Shown here: positions 26,602 to 40,492 of the stretch, in pieces
Position numbering within the stretch: the first letter of the stretch is position 1
Layout: every line of letters starts with the position of its first letter
NCBI RefSeq assembly: GCF_009914755.1
Contig: NC_060925.1
Reading direction: 5' to 3' (one strand)
From: the human T2T-CHM13v2.0 reference genome, Homo sapiens
Length of the DNA: 64,000 nt
Position numbers and translations under genes: made by a program
Notes under the pieces: generated by a model
Told to the model about the DNA's origin: nothing
The model's input: the letters and a program-made list of their open reading frames with translations, nothing else
Database searches by the model: none

Positions 26602-28293
26602 TGAAGCTCTCTGCTGACTGATGCCCAACACTGGCTCTTTCCCTTGGGACGTACTTCTTGTTTGGGATTTTTTAACATTCCCTACCCACAATTATAAGCC
26701 TGACTTAAGAGATGTCCTCTCTGTGGTAGGCATTGCCACTGGGCACCAACATGTGATTCTCTTCTACTGTATTTTCCCGGCCCCCTTGAACTTCAGCATG
26801 GCTGCACAATGCACCTTGACCCATACACTGGGACGTGTAAATGCTAGTGCTCTGTTCCTCACCGTCCCTTCCCCTGCTGTGCACTCCGGGAAACATGAGG
26901 ATGCCCAGTCAACATGAAATTGAACCAGCCGGGAAAAGAGGTCACAGAGTGCAGCCACTCTGGAGAGTTGCTGAGCATCTGCAAGAAGTAACCTTTTGTG
27001 GAGCCATTCCACTGGCGTCTGGAAAGTGCCCGTGACTCTAGCATAACCAGGCTTGGCATGACTAATTCACCGCCACTGTCTGCTGGGATTGGCTTGTTCA
27101 TGCCAGCAGCCCTTTTGAACTGGGTCTTCTGAAGACACTTTGAGCCTGCTTATTTTCCAAAATAACCACTAAGCTCATGGGAAAACTGGGTGACTTCATC
27201 CCCACCCCCAACTCTGGAAATGAAAGCCACTCCCACTGCTGATCTCTCCCTTCTCTTGGCCATCAGGCAATCCAGCTGGCCCTTGCCTAGATGATGTGAC
27301 AGGTGAGAGTCAGGCTCCAATCCCAGGCTCTGCAAAGTCTGGGGCTTCGATCAAATCCTCCCAAGCACTCTGTTACCACCAATTGCCGAAATACCTAACA
27401 GCTTGGGGCAGCTGGTTGCAGCTCTCACAAATCGAATGAGATGTTTTATGCCCCATTCACGCAAAGCAGCCTTCTTGAAGACTCACTTGAATCAGGCAAA
27501 AATCTTACTCTGAGCCCCCGCCCAGGGAAAGGATGGAACTAGGTGGACCCTCCTTCCCTGATCAATCTCTTTTTACTTTCTTATCTTCTCTTATGTGTGC
27601 TGGAGGCGGGTGACAGGGTCAGAGAACCAGTTTCACTCTCTCTTAGCAAGTTCTGCAGGTGCCATGGAGTCTTACTTCTCCTTTGAACCTGGAGACATGG
27701 GTTATCTATTGATCTCAGCTCGGGGGTTTCTACTGAAATTCCATGGCAACGGGCAAAGTCCCAACAGCAGAAATGTGCTAATCCATATTGCATTGTTGCT
27801 TCTGGTCTCTGTTTTGGAATTTAAACTAATGTTTCATGGGAAGAACCAAGGCTTTTCACCAATTTCATTCAGCCTGAAAGACAAGAGGTGATGTCACCTC
27901 CACTTAACTGGTAATCACCTTGATGTTTATAATGTGAACATGACAATATCTCCAAAAGTGCTGAGCTGCTACTTGTAAAGAAAAAAAAAAGGAGCAAGAC
28001 AAAGGCCAAAGGCTTCAATCTCAGCTAGGATCAGTAACCTTACTGCCCCTCAGCATGCTAATGTCTCTTCCCCTCTGTTTCTGACTCATTTTCCAAACAT
28101 ATCCTGTTTCCACCAAGACTCAGAGATACACACGTGAAACATATCTCCCGTTTTTCCTTTTTTTAAAACCCCCTCTTATGTACATGTGTGTGCATGTATG
28201 TATGCCTGTTTCTTTCTCAAAATGTGGGGAGAAAATATTCATAAAGGCACCCGAACACTCTTACCTGGACCATGAAGGGGTTGGACTAGATAA

Positions 28294-28530
28294 TTGATAA
28301 TGATGATGGTGATGATGGTGACAGTGGTGGCAGTGATGATGATAATGATGATGGTGATAACAAAAATGATGATGATTTTGATGGTGGTGGTGAGTATGAT
28401 GGTGGTAATGGTTATGATAGTGATGGTAGTGGTAGAAATGATGGTGATGGTGGTGGTTGTGGTTGTGGTAATGGTGATACTGATAATGGTTGTGATGATG
28501 GTAGTGGTGATGATGATGGTGGTGATGGTA
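28294..28530. repeat. (GAT/GGT)n trinucleotide low-complexity tract next to a MIR (about 28530-28720)
   Basis: gatgatggtgatgatggtg... repeated directly in the sequence. Confidence 0.95.
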
Positions 28531-29558
28531 GCTAATATCTATTCCGGACTTTCAGGACTTGCTCTTTGTCACCTGCTGCTGAACCTTTTCCATGGCTAAC
28601 TTCATCCACCCCATGAGACAAATACCATGGCTAGCCACCTTTAATAGCTAAGGCACTCAGTGGTTAGAAAATTTCTCAAGGTCGTGCAGCCAATACTGAG
28701 ATCCCTTCTAGCTCTAAAATGTTTTAGCTCTATGGATGAAAGTAAACGCCTGAGTGCCCTTCTAAGAATTCTTGGGACTTGGGTAAAAACACCTGCCCCT
28801 GGCAGCATCCACAGGAAGTTCCATGAGAGGTCACAGGAAGGAAGGGAAGAACAAGAGGACAGGGGCTGGAGGGATGGCGGGGGAGACGTGAGGTAAATAC
28901 TGTAGTAAGCAGGTGCAAAGGGAAAGAGACAGAGACCAGACCAGCTGCCAAAGGAGGCAGAGGGGACCCCCAGCCTCCCTAGGGAGGATTAGGCCTTTGT
29001 CAAACGTTTGATGCAAACCCGTGCTCTGGCAGCATTCAGCGGGTAATGTATGCTGCTAACAAGTATCAAAGCCTCGTGGAGGGGTCCTCTGAGGAGATGC
29101 TGTGTGAACAGGTCATTTCGTTTTGTGCCATTAGCCACTGTACTTCACTGGAATAAGTGCACCCTGCAAAGCCCAGAACTTCACACTCCAGCTGAGAAAC
29201 TTGCACACCCACAACTAGAAGACAAAACATAATGACATTCCACCGCTCTGAGCAGGCTTCCACACCCCTAGTCAATGGAGCCCCGGTCCCTGGCACCCCT
29301 AAGTGGCTTTAAGCACTTGACGATAGACTGCTGGCCCTATTGCTCAAAAATAATACCCGATGCACTCGGGAGACAGGCTGCAATCCAATAAACCAACAGC
29401 CCCAAAGTCAGCAAGATCATAATTTGGAAATTGTTCTCCCCCTGCCCCAGTCTATTCCACAGACTTCAAATTGATCTGTCTAATCTCTTATCTGTAGCTA
29501 TGAAATTGTATTTCCCTCTTAATAGGCCTACAAATGTTATAGATGAATAGTTCAATAG

Positions 29559-29968
<410 letters not shown>

Positions 29969-30032
29969 TCCAAGCTGGGTTAAGTCCCTGCACACACACT
30001 GCGTGCCCCAGAACCAAGCCTCGCCAGCACTG

Positions 30033-30154
30033 TGTTGATGCCATTTCCTCCGGCATGTTGACGTCACCACCACCACCCCTCCCCATGCGTCATATTGACG
30101 TCACTTCCTCCACCATGTTGATGTCACTTCCTCCACCGTGTTGACGTCACTTCC
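30033..30154. repeat. 23-bp tandem repeat (about 5 units) containing CRE (TGACGTCA) and ETS (CTTCC) motifs
   Basis: TGACGTCA at 30059, 30096 and 30142; TGATGTCA at 30119; TGATGCCA at 30036. Confidence 0.85.
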
Positions 30155-31779
30155 TTCCTCAGTAAGGTGTGAGTTCCTTGGCAGAGGGTCTGCTTGTCGT
30201 CTTCGTTGGACTGCCCCACCCAGAGCCTGGGACACTTCAGGGACACATCTACTCTTGTCCTGTGGGTTGAATAAAATGGAACAGACTGGAATTTCTAGGG
30301 CTGCTGGAAGGACCTCCTGTTCTCAGATGCCAAAAGGAAACTTCTGTTCCCCGTGTCCTCTCTTCTCATGGGTCAGGAGCCCAGGCCTCCCTCCCGAAGC
30401 TGGCAGGGTGACCCCCCACTCCTTTTGACAAGCTCTCAGTTTTTAGCCCCCGCCCTCCACAGCCACTGGCAGCAACTTCACACATTTATTCCTGAACAAC
30501 AAATCTGTTTCCCTGGCAGCATCTTCTCTCATCATTACCTCCTCCCACTCCCTGGTCCTCTGAGGACATTCTCAGGCTCCATTCAGGAAGCTCACAGACT
30601 CCATGGCACCAGCAACAGGTGGAAAGCATGACAATGGTCACACAGACAGAGGCAACAAAAATACTTAGCAAGCATCTGTCATGTGCAAGAAGCAGGATGA
30701 GGGGCTGGGGACAGGAAGTCCAGGGTGTGGAAGCTCATCCCATCCTTGCTGTCAGTCCCCAGCAAGAGTCACCACTAGGAGAGAGCTGTGGTTGTTTACT
30801 GACTGCACGGCTTATCGCTGCCATTTCTGCCTTATTATGGAGGGCCCAGCTGGCACCGAAGTCGCTGGAGCCCCAGAGTGCTGCCTGTCAAAGTGTCATC
30901 TCATTTGCTGGCTGGTTGCTGAAAAGCATAATGAAAATTATGTTCTGCTCTAGTCTGATCCCCACTGAAAGCCCCTGATGCTGGGAAGACATGGCATGCA
31001 AGCAAACATTCACCATCCCCAGGAAAAGCACTTCTAGGCGCACTTCTCAATCTCCGTAACCTGACACTCATCCCCATCATGGGCCATGAAGTCTGGGTCT
31101 CACATCCTGGCTATTTCCTGAGCTCCTGTCCTGAATGTCCTCCTGTCTTCCAGGATATTGCATGAGCCCTGTCTGTTTCTACAACCATCAACCAGGATCC
31201 AAGGCTGCTGCAGGCTGCAAGCATCACTGTTGACCACCTACAGTGTGTCAGTGACTCTGCAGCCCCAGAAGTCCCTGAGATGCTAGCAGTCCCCTCAGGA
31301 ACTTGCATACTGGAGATCAGTGAGGAAGGGACCAGAGTCCAACTCCCCCGTCTGGGGTTTTCAGAGGTCAGTGGAAGGGCCAGTGCTTCTATAGACAGCT
31401 CAAGGAAAGTTTGGGAGAAAGGTAGATATTTGAATTCCTTACTGAAGATTGAATGAGATCTGGGCACACAGGCCAAGGGAGGAGGGCACCACACAAGGGA
31501 AAGAATTAAACCTGAAGAGCCGGGAAGGTGGGAAGAGGCCAGGAGCAGAGGAGAGAGGGATATGTGTGGCTGAAGGAGAAGCCATGGGGCTAAGGGCTAG
31601 AGATTTGGCTTCTGATGCCCGGTTCACAGCCCAGCCCTGCCACCTGTCAGTTGTCCAGGTTGCCTAAGATTTCTGCAACTCAATTTCTCATCTGTGCAAA
31701 TGCAAAGAAACACAGTTGATGAAGGGCCTGGTACATAGCCAAAGACTTCTGAACATCAGATCCTGTCATTTGAAGGAGA

Positions 31780-32800
31780 AGGTGGAGGGGGAGGGGTGGC
31801 TTAAAGGTCAGATTTGAGATTTGGGGCTTTTTCTTATAGAGAAGGGTCTGTTTATGTCATTGCAGCCTGATATGGTTTGGCCGTGTCCCCACCCAAATCT
31901 CATTTCAAATTGTAACTCACACAATTCCCACATGTCATGGTTCGTGGGAGGAACCTCATGAGAGGTAATTGAATCATAGGGGTGGGTCTTTCCCGTATTG
32001 TTCTCATGATAGTGGATAAGTCTCATGAGATCTGATGGTTTTATAAGGGGGAATTTCCCTGCACAAGCTCTCTCTTTGCCTGCTGCCATCCATGTTCAAT
32101 GTGACTTGCTCTTCCTTGCCTTCTGCCATGATTATGAGGCTTCCCCAACCTCATGGAACCGTAAGTCCATTAAACCTCTTTCTTTTGCAAATCGCCCAGT
32201 CTCAGGTATGTCTTTATCCACAGCATGAAAACAGACTAACACACAGCCTGAGGAAGTTAATGTCATGAGGTTAGAGCTATGCTTCAAAATGATAGATCTG
32301 GGGGCTTAAAACGGAGAGAGGCTGCAGGTGGAGAGACCACTAAATGGTCCAAGGAGAGGTCACAAGAGGTAATCCCATGTGCCAAGGACATGAACAGAGG
32401 AGATGTTGAGATGAGAGAGGAATTGTCAGAATCTACAGAACTCAGAACCAATGTGTTAGCTTACAGGATGGGGGCACACACAGGGATGTCCAGCTTTTGT
32501 TCCTGAGTGAGAGGAGATGGAGATATTATCAGGAAGGAGAAAAAAATGAGGAAAAGAACAAATAAATAAATGAGAAAGAGAAGGGTTTGTACATAGAAAT
32601 GAGAAGTTCAGTTGCTAACATGTTGGCACCTTGGCTGGGCGTGCATCAAGGAGGCTTTCTGGAAGACAGGAGGACATTCAGGACAGGAGCTCAGTCAAGA
32701 GCTAGGATGTGAGACCCAGATTCAAGGTCGCCCTCACCTGGCAGAGAGGAAGACATGTGAGTAGATGGAGGAGACAGGCACCAGAGTGAGTCTTGGAATC
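31780..32800 (-). mobile_element. L2 fragments flanking the THE1
   Basis: gcaggtggagagaccact..., gagaagttcagtt..., caggagctcagtcaagagctagg. Confidence 0.55.
31868..32243 (+). mobile_element. THE1 (C/D-like) solo LTR
   Basis: tgatatggtttggccgtgtccccacccaaatctcat...cagactaacaca; perfect 5-bp TSD CAGCC. Confidence 0.95.
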
Positions 32801-32812
32801 CTTTCTTATTTA

Positions 32813-33183
<371 letters not shown>

Positions 33184-34244
33184 GTTAAAAAATAAAAATT
33201 AGGTACTTTCTTTGTTTCCATAAAACAAGAATCTGGAGTTTGGGAGCGGCTGGTCTTGATTCAACATCTCAGTGAGGTCAGGCCTGATATTTCTGTGACG
33301 CCTTGTCATTCTGTGGTCTCAAGGTGATCACACCTGCACCCAAGGTGAAAATGAGGGGATGGGGTGCAGCATTTGTCTGCATTATCAGGAGTGTCCCCAG
33401 AGGACTCTGATGCATGCTCACTGGTGAGCACCATGTCACCTGGCCACTTTCTGTAGTATTGAAGAAGGCTGGAAAATGAGATTCTCCTATTTCTGCTTGG
33501 GTCATAAAGAAGAAGGAAGTTAATGCTGTGTTAGCTGTGTCAGTGTCTGCCATAGGGGGCAGGAAAAATGAAGACAGAGAATATAATGTTTCAGAAACCA
33601 AGTTTCAAGATGGGCACAGAAGTCGGGAGTGTTAACTTCTTCATACACTGGAAAGGTGGTAGTGGAGCAAATTCACTGGTGTTCTGTGATCAGTTCTAGG
33701 AGGCAAAAGGACCATCAATAGGAGGACTAGGTGGTGAAGAAGTGGAGGAAGCAAGAATAGACCAACACGCGAACACACTTGGCAGGGGGAACAGAATGCA
33801 TCAGAACAGAGTGAAGCAATGGAACCAAGGGAGAATCAAGCCCATCTGTAGATAGAGGAGAAGGAACCAGAAAGTCTGTGAAAAGAGAGAGAAAATATTG
33901 CAGAAAGAGGCAATATTTATCTAGGCAGATGACCAGGGGCTGAGATCAGGGACAGAAGCGGAGAGGTCAGTCTCGGAAAAGAGAAGCCTCAACTTTTCCA
34001 CCATGACAGGAAGGAGTTGAGCAAATTCACAAGGACATTTTCAGAAAGGGGTTGAGTTGGGGCCATTCTCTGTTCAGCAGAGCTGGAGCCCAGTTCACTC
34101 AGAGAAGCCAGAAGACACAAGGCGGAGTCACTGTGGTGAGACCCACTAAGGGCTGGGGAAGGACAACCTGTTTAGGGACCATTCCCACCATCTGGGTTAT
34201 CTGTACCTCAATTTCTCTAGGGACTCACTTGGAAAGGAGAGCTC

Positions 34245-36325
34245 CAGTTACTCCAAATTCTTGCCAATGTTTGGTGTTCTAACTGTAATCGTTCTAGTAT
34301 GTGTGAAACATTGTGTCATGGTAGTTTTTGTTTGTTTGTTTTTGTTTTTGTTTTTTGTTGTTTTGAGACAGAGTCTCGCTCTGTCACCCAGACTGGAGTG
34401 CAGTGGCACTCGGCTCACTGCAACCTCCACCTCCCAGGTTCAAGTGATTCTCTTGCCTCAGCCCCCATCTCTGTAGCTGGGATTATCATTGTAGTTTTAA
34501 TTTGGATTTTCCTAATTACTGATGGCACTGACTAACTTTTCATATCTATTTTCTTTGATGAAGTATTTGTTCAAGTCTTCTCACTTTTAATTGAGGTCTT
34601 TGCCTATCAATTAAGTTGGTTGAAAGTATTGTTTAAATCTTATGTATTTGCTAATTGTTTCTCTATTTGTTCTGTTAGTTACTGAAAGACTGGTTTTAGT
34701 ATTTCTATTATTGTGAATTTGTCTACTTATACCTTTAGTTCTGTCTACATTGCTTCATACATTTTGAAGTTTTGTTGTTAGCTGCATACTCATTTAGGAT
34801 TGTTCTTTGTTTTTGACAAACTCTGTAATTATCATTGTGTTTTGCACCTCTTTAACCCTAGTGGTGCCACCTTTAGGGAAGTTCACTTTTTCTGATATTA
34901 ATGCCATACTGGCTGGTTATGCTTAAGGTTTGCATAGTATATCATTTTCTATCCTTTTGACTTTCAGCCTTTTATGTCTTAGTATTTTAATTGTTTCTGG
35001 TAAGCAGCATATGGGTGGGTCTTGCTTTTATATCCAGTTTGATACTCAATGTGTTTTAATAATGTGTTTAGTCTATTTACTTGCAGTAATATTTTGGTAA
35101 GATTGGGTTTAACACTACAATTTTGGCATTTTGCTTTTATTTACCCTATTTGTTATTAGTTTGCCTCCCTCTTTCTCTTTTTGAGTGAATCACATTTTCC
35201 AAAATCTCATTTTATTTACTGTGTTATGTTTTAGCTATATCTTTTTTTAAGTTATGTTTTAGTGACTAATCAGCGATTACCGTATTCATCTTTAAGACAG
35301 CATACTTACTTTTAAATAATATTATACTTCTTCAAAAACAGTGCAAGAATCTTACAACAGTATAATTCCAGTTACCCCATCGTTCTTTATGATTTTTTCC
35401 ATATTTTACTTTTGCATGTATTCCAAACCCCATAATAAAATATTTTATTTTTTTAAAGAGTCAATGGTCTTTTTAAATGTATATATCTATACTAAACAGA
35501 GAAAGGTATCTGTATTTACTACTTCCCAGATATTTGCCCTTTCTGGTGTTCTTTCTCACTTCCTGTGGTTCTAGAGTTTTATCTGGTATCTTTGCCCTCA
35601 ACCTGAATAATATTATTTTCAGCAGTTCTTGTAATATAGGTCTATTGGCAATAAATTATCTCAGCTTTTGTCTGTCTAACAACATCTTCAATTATCCTTC
35701 ATATTTGAAGACTACTATCTCTAAACATATAATTCTAGATTGACAGATTTTTGTTTGTTTTTCTCCTACTTTAAAGATGTCATTACATTGTCTTATGATA
35801 GCCAGTGTTTCTGATGAGAAATCAGCCATAATTCATGTCATTCCCCTGCATAAAATGTGTCTTTTTATCTCTCTCTATTTTTATATTTTCTTCTTTATCT
35901 TTGGCTTCCATCAGGTTGAATTTGATATATGTACTTCTTTGTATTTATTCTGTTTGGATTTTTTTTTAGCTTCTTGAATCTGTGGGTTAATGACTTTCAT
36001 CAGTGTTGGAAAGTTCTCGGCCATTCCCTTTTTTATTATTTCTTCTGTTTTGTTTTCTGTCTTCCCGCCTCCTGGGCTCTAAATACATGTAGTTTTTATT
36101 ACTTGTTACCATCCTCAGATTGTGAATAGTCTTTTTTATCTTTTATGATTGTTTGAATTTCAATTTGGATATTTTCTATTGATCCCTCTTCAAGTATACT
36201 GATACATTCCTGTGTTGAGTTCAGTCTTCTCTTAAGCCCATCTAACAAATTCTTCATTTCTGATATTGTAATTCAAATATGCAGCATTTCCATTTGATTT
36301 TTATAGCTTCCTCTTCACTGTTTTT
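34245..36325 (-). mobile_element. Old L1M (antisense; ORF2 5' and ORF1 region); further pieces probably at about 38230-39430
   Basis: T-rich; ttgcttcatacattttgaag...catttaggattg is the antisense endonuclease region; tctgatgagaaatcagcc. Confidence 0.75.
34325..34485 (-). mobile_element. 5'-truncated Alu (right arm only)
   Basis: GT-interrupted T tail; stops at gtagctgggatta; TSD tcat(g/t)gtagtttt. Confidence 0.88.
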
Positions 36326-36429
36326 TAATAAACTTTTTATTTTGAAATAAATTTAGATTTATAAGAGTTGCTTCAAAGAAGTACATAGAGTTCTTGTATG
36401 CTTATCCAGGTTTCTCTAATTCATTTCGA

Positions 36430-37040
36430 CTAACTGCAACCCATGAGATAAATTTAGCTTACTGACTGCTTCTGTAAATAATGTTTTATTTACACCACCA
36501 CATTCATTCATTTATTACCTATGGCTGCTTTTGTACTATGATGATGAAGTTGATTAGTCATAACCAAAGCCATATGACCTGTAAAGCCTGCAGTGTTTAC
36601 CAGCTGCTATAAACTGGATGTTTTGTGGCCCCAAAATGTGTATGTTTAAATCCTAAGTCCCAAGGTTTAGGATTTAAACATTAGGAGATGACATCATTGG
36701 TGGGTGACTATTTCATGAGGGCAGAGCCCTCATAAATGGGATTAGTGCTGCTATAAAATAGACTGAGAGAGATCACTCACCCCTTCCACTATGTGAGGAC
36801 ACATGGTGAGAAAATATGAGAAAATGAGAAAATATCCATCCGTGAACCAAAAGTGGGCCCTCACCAGATACCAAATCTGCCAGTATTTTTATCTTGTACT
36901 TCCCAGTCTCCAAAAGTGTGAGAAACAAATTAGTGTTGTTTATAAGCCAGCTTGTCTGTGGCGGTTTGTTATAGCAGCCTGAACAGACCAAGACACCATC
37001 TCACTTTTTACAGAAAAGGAATTGCCAAGTACTCCTCTAA
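36430..37040. mobile_element. MER58-type hAT-Charlie MITE interrupted by MLT1A
   Basis: tgtaaataatgttttattt...ctatggctgctttt...tgtaaagcctgcagtgtttac | tttacagaaaag...tgcc. Confidence 0.7.
36605..36995 (+). mobile_element. MLT1A/MLT1A0 solo LTR
   Basis: catgagggcagagccctcataaatgggattagtg...gttatagcagcctgaacagaccaagaca; near-TSD ccagc/ccatc. Confidence 0.88.
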
Positions 37041-37480
37041 GGAAGGAGTAGATAAAGGGCTTGCACCTGGGTTGAAATCTTATATAACCATTTGTTTGGT
37101 ACATTTACAAAAGTAATAAATTAACATTGATACAATACAATTAACTAAACAATAGACTATTGAAACACAGATGTCCTTCGGATTTTACCAGTTTTTCCCC
37201 AATTTTTATTTTCTGATCTGGGAACCAATATACCAGAATGCATTGTATCTAAATATATGTATCTTTCACATCCTCTAATCTATGACAGTTTTGTGGTCTT
37301 TCCTTCTCTTTCATGACCCTGATACTTCTGAAGCTCATTGGTCAACTACTTTGTAGAATGTCCCTGAATTTGGATTTATTTAACTTTCTTTTTTCCATGG
37401 TCAAACCGGGGTTATGGATTTTAGAGAATTATACTACAGGCATGAAGTGCCTTTCTTATTACATCATGTCAGGGGGCATA

Positions 37481-37844
37481 TGTATTAGTCAGTTCTCATG
37501 CTGCTAATAAAAACATACCAGAGACCAGGTAATTTATAAAGGAAAGAGGTTTAATGGACTCAGAGTTCCACATGGTTGGGGAGGTCTCACAATCATGGCA
37601 GAAGATGAAGGAAGAGCAAAGGCATGTCTTACATGGCAGCAGGCAAGACGTCATGTGCAAGGGAACTCCCTTTTATAAAATCATCAGATCTCATGAGATT
37701 TATTCACTATCATGAGAATAGCACAGGAAAAACTTGCCCTCATGATTCTATTATGTCCCACTGACTCCCTCCCATGACACATGGGGATTATAGGAGCTAC
37801 AATTCAAGGTGAGATTTGAGTGGGGACACAGCCAAACTATATCA
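37481..37844 (-). mobile_element. THE1 (B/C-like) solo LTR
   Basis: tgtattagtcagttctcatgctgctaataaa...cagccaaactatatca; near-TSD gcata/gcaca. Confidence 0.95.
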
Positions 37845-39649
37845 GCACATAATAGCAAAATTATTTATTCCTGGTAATGTTAACCTTGATAATTTCACTA
37901 AAGAGATGTCTGCCAGTTTCTCTGATGTGCAGCAACTACTTTTTTTCCTTTTTATACTATATTCTTTGGAAGTGAGTCACTAAATCAAGCACATACTCAA
38001 GAGGAGTGGAATTAAGCTCCAACTCCTGAAGGGAGAAGTAAAAATAGAATCTCTGAACATATGTAAAACCACCATAGCCATCAACAAACATTTTGGAGAA
38101 GGTATTTTGAGGTTATACAAATACTCTGTTTCTCCTTAAAGTTTTACCCATTAATTTTAGCATTTATCAATGGGTCTTGCCAGTGGTAATTATTACTGTG
38201 ATTTTCTGGTTGTGATTTTCTGTTTCTCTTATTCTACAGTGATTCTTTAGAAATTTCATTATTCATTTTTATTTATTCCATTTGTAGTTCAGTTTTTACC
38301 CTGGATCTTTATTATTATTTATTATAATTATTGAAAAGTCCATGTCTGATTATTCCCACATCTGTTGCCTCTATGGGTTTGCTCCTATTGACTGTTCCTT
38401 CTCTTTACCAAGGTCACATCTTATTGCTTCTTTGTGTGCCTTGGAATCTTTTATTGTATGTCAAGTGGTCTATATACAACAACATTAGTGACTGAAGTAA
38501 ACAGTATTTAGGATCAGAAAAGGGTACACCCCTTCTTCTGCCAGCCCACTAGAGAGGTAAAATCTAATCTGTAGTTCAGGTGGGTCTGGGTTTTGCTGTA
38601 GCTTTAGTTTGCTTCTGTCACTGCTGAATCAAAATATTTTGAAAGCAGGATCAGGACGTTCTGTTTTGCAGAACTTGGGTTCTGAGCATGGGAAAGATTC
38701 CAGGAGTCTCTGTAATTTATAGCTGAGCCACCAGCTTTCCCATCTGTGGAAACTCTTTCTGCTTCCTGCCTGGTGATAGATTTTTGAGTTGTCTTTGTTC
38801 TCCAGGCCTGCTGCAGATCTTGAGCACCTGGGAAGGTTACTCTCTTCCTGGAATTCCCCAAAGGAGTTTCTCTCTGCATAATTTCCTATGCTCTATCTCT
38901 CAGCAGCTGAAAGTTTTCCAGATGGCTTCGGATAGATTATTCTCAAGTCCTCTGCCTTGCTGCATACCCTCTCCCTGCAACTCTCAGAGGGAAGATTCTT
39001 TAACTTAGAGAATGTCCCCTTGTACCTTGGGAGCATATCTCAGTAAAGCACTCTATGAAGACCTGTGTGAAAGAAGGAATGGATTAGTGCAGATTTTTTG
39101 GGGACTTTCAAAATTCTAACCTGCCATGCCAAGCCACACATGGCCATTGAAAGTGTGTGCAAGTTTTAGCCAGCTTTAGCTGGGTCCCTCTGGGTCCCTC
39201 CAGGTCATAAACCTCCTCCTGTAGCTGCCCTATCAGGGAAGATGGCAGCCACAAGTCTCTTATCTCAAGGGCTCATCACTTTCTGGTGTTATTTTCCCTT
39301 ATTTTCTTTGCATTCTCAGCTATCTGATGAGTTCAGATAAATTGTGATTTCATCATGTATCCTGCTTGTTTTGGTTGTTGGGATGAAAGCAAAGGTTTCC
39401 TGTCACTTTTCATATTCTAGCCAGAAGTGACCTCATGTCTGCATACAACTTAAAGAATGAGCCTAACACCTTTAGAAATGCTTTAAAACTATAGCTTTAG
39501 CCCAAATCTCAAGGTTAATAGATGAGGAAAATACAGCACAGCACAAACTGGAACTCAGTCTGGTCTGGAGTGGGGAGTTCATTTTTCTGACAGTGACTCT
39601 CTTGCACCTATCCACCAATGCAACCAATACCAACACCACCAACAGAAGA

Positions 39650-39802
39650 GCTTTTCATTAGGCACAAGCTTTGGGACAGGTGCTAACTACTTATGTACAT
39701 TGTCTTATTTTCTTTTCACAACAGCTATTTGAAGGGGGTACTATTATAATGCCCATTTTACAGATGAGGAAACCAAGCCCCAGGAAATCTATGTAAACTT
39801 CC
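39650..39802 (-). mobile_element. MIR (resumes at about 40930-40990)
   Basis: gcccattttacagatgaggaaacc. Confidence 0.75.
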
Positions 39803-40166
39803 TGATACGGTTTGCATGTTTGTGCCCTTCAGACCTCATGTTGAAATGTGATTCCCAATACTGGGGGGACCTGGTGGGAGGTGATTGGATCAAGGCAGTG
39901 GGGGGACCCTCATGAATGGTTTAACACCACCTCCTTGGTGATGAATAAATTATCACTCAGTTAATTTATGCAAGATTTGGCTGTTTAAAAGTGTGTGGCA
40001 CCTCCCCCCTCATTCTCTTTTGCTCCCTCTCTCATCACGTGAAGCCCTGGTCCCCCTTTGCCTTCTGCCATGATTGGAAGCTTCCTGAGGTCCATGTGGT
40101 GCAGATGCTGGTACCATGCTTCCTGTACAGCAAGCAGAACTGTGAGCCAAAATAAAACTATTTTCT

Positions 40167-40466
40167 GGCTGGGTGTGGTGGCTCACACCTGTAATCCCAG
40201 CACTTTGGGAGGCCAAGGTGGGCAGATCAACGGTTGAGGTCAGGAGTTCGAGACCAGTCTGGCCAACATGGTGAAACCCCATGTCTACTTAACTAAAAAT
40301 ACAAAAAATTAGCCAGGCATGTTGTTGTGCAGCTGTAATCCCAGCTACTCAGGAGGCTGAGGCAGAAGAATTGCTTGAACCCAGGAGGCGGAGGTTGCAG
40401 TGGACCAAGATTGTACCACGCCACTCCAGCCTGGGCAACAGAGCAAAACTCTGTGTCAAAAAAAAA
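40167..40466 (+). mobile_element. AluS
   Basis: Full dimer; TSD aaa(a/c)ctattttct. Confidence 0.93.
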
Positions 40467-40492
40467 CCTATTTTCTTTATAAATTACCCAGC

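Larger units (their letters stand above)
36325..38225 (-). mobile_element. L1MC-type 3' end carrying nested insertions
   Basis: ttttattttgaaataaatttagatttata...; ttttgtagaatgtccct-like, ggaattaagctcc and tttctccttaaagttttacccattaattttagcatt motifs. Confidence 0.65.

Noticed and set aside
28294-28599. Hydrophobic Met/Val-rich ORF resembling a membrane protein
   Set aside because: Translation of a (GAT/GGT)n simple repeat.
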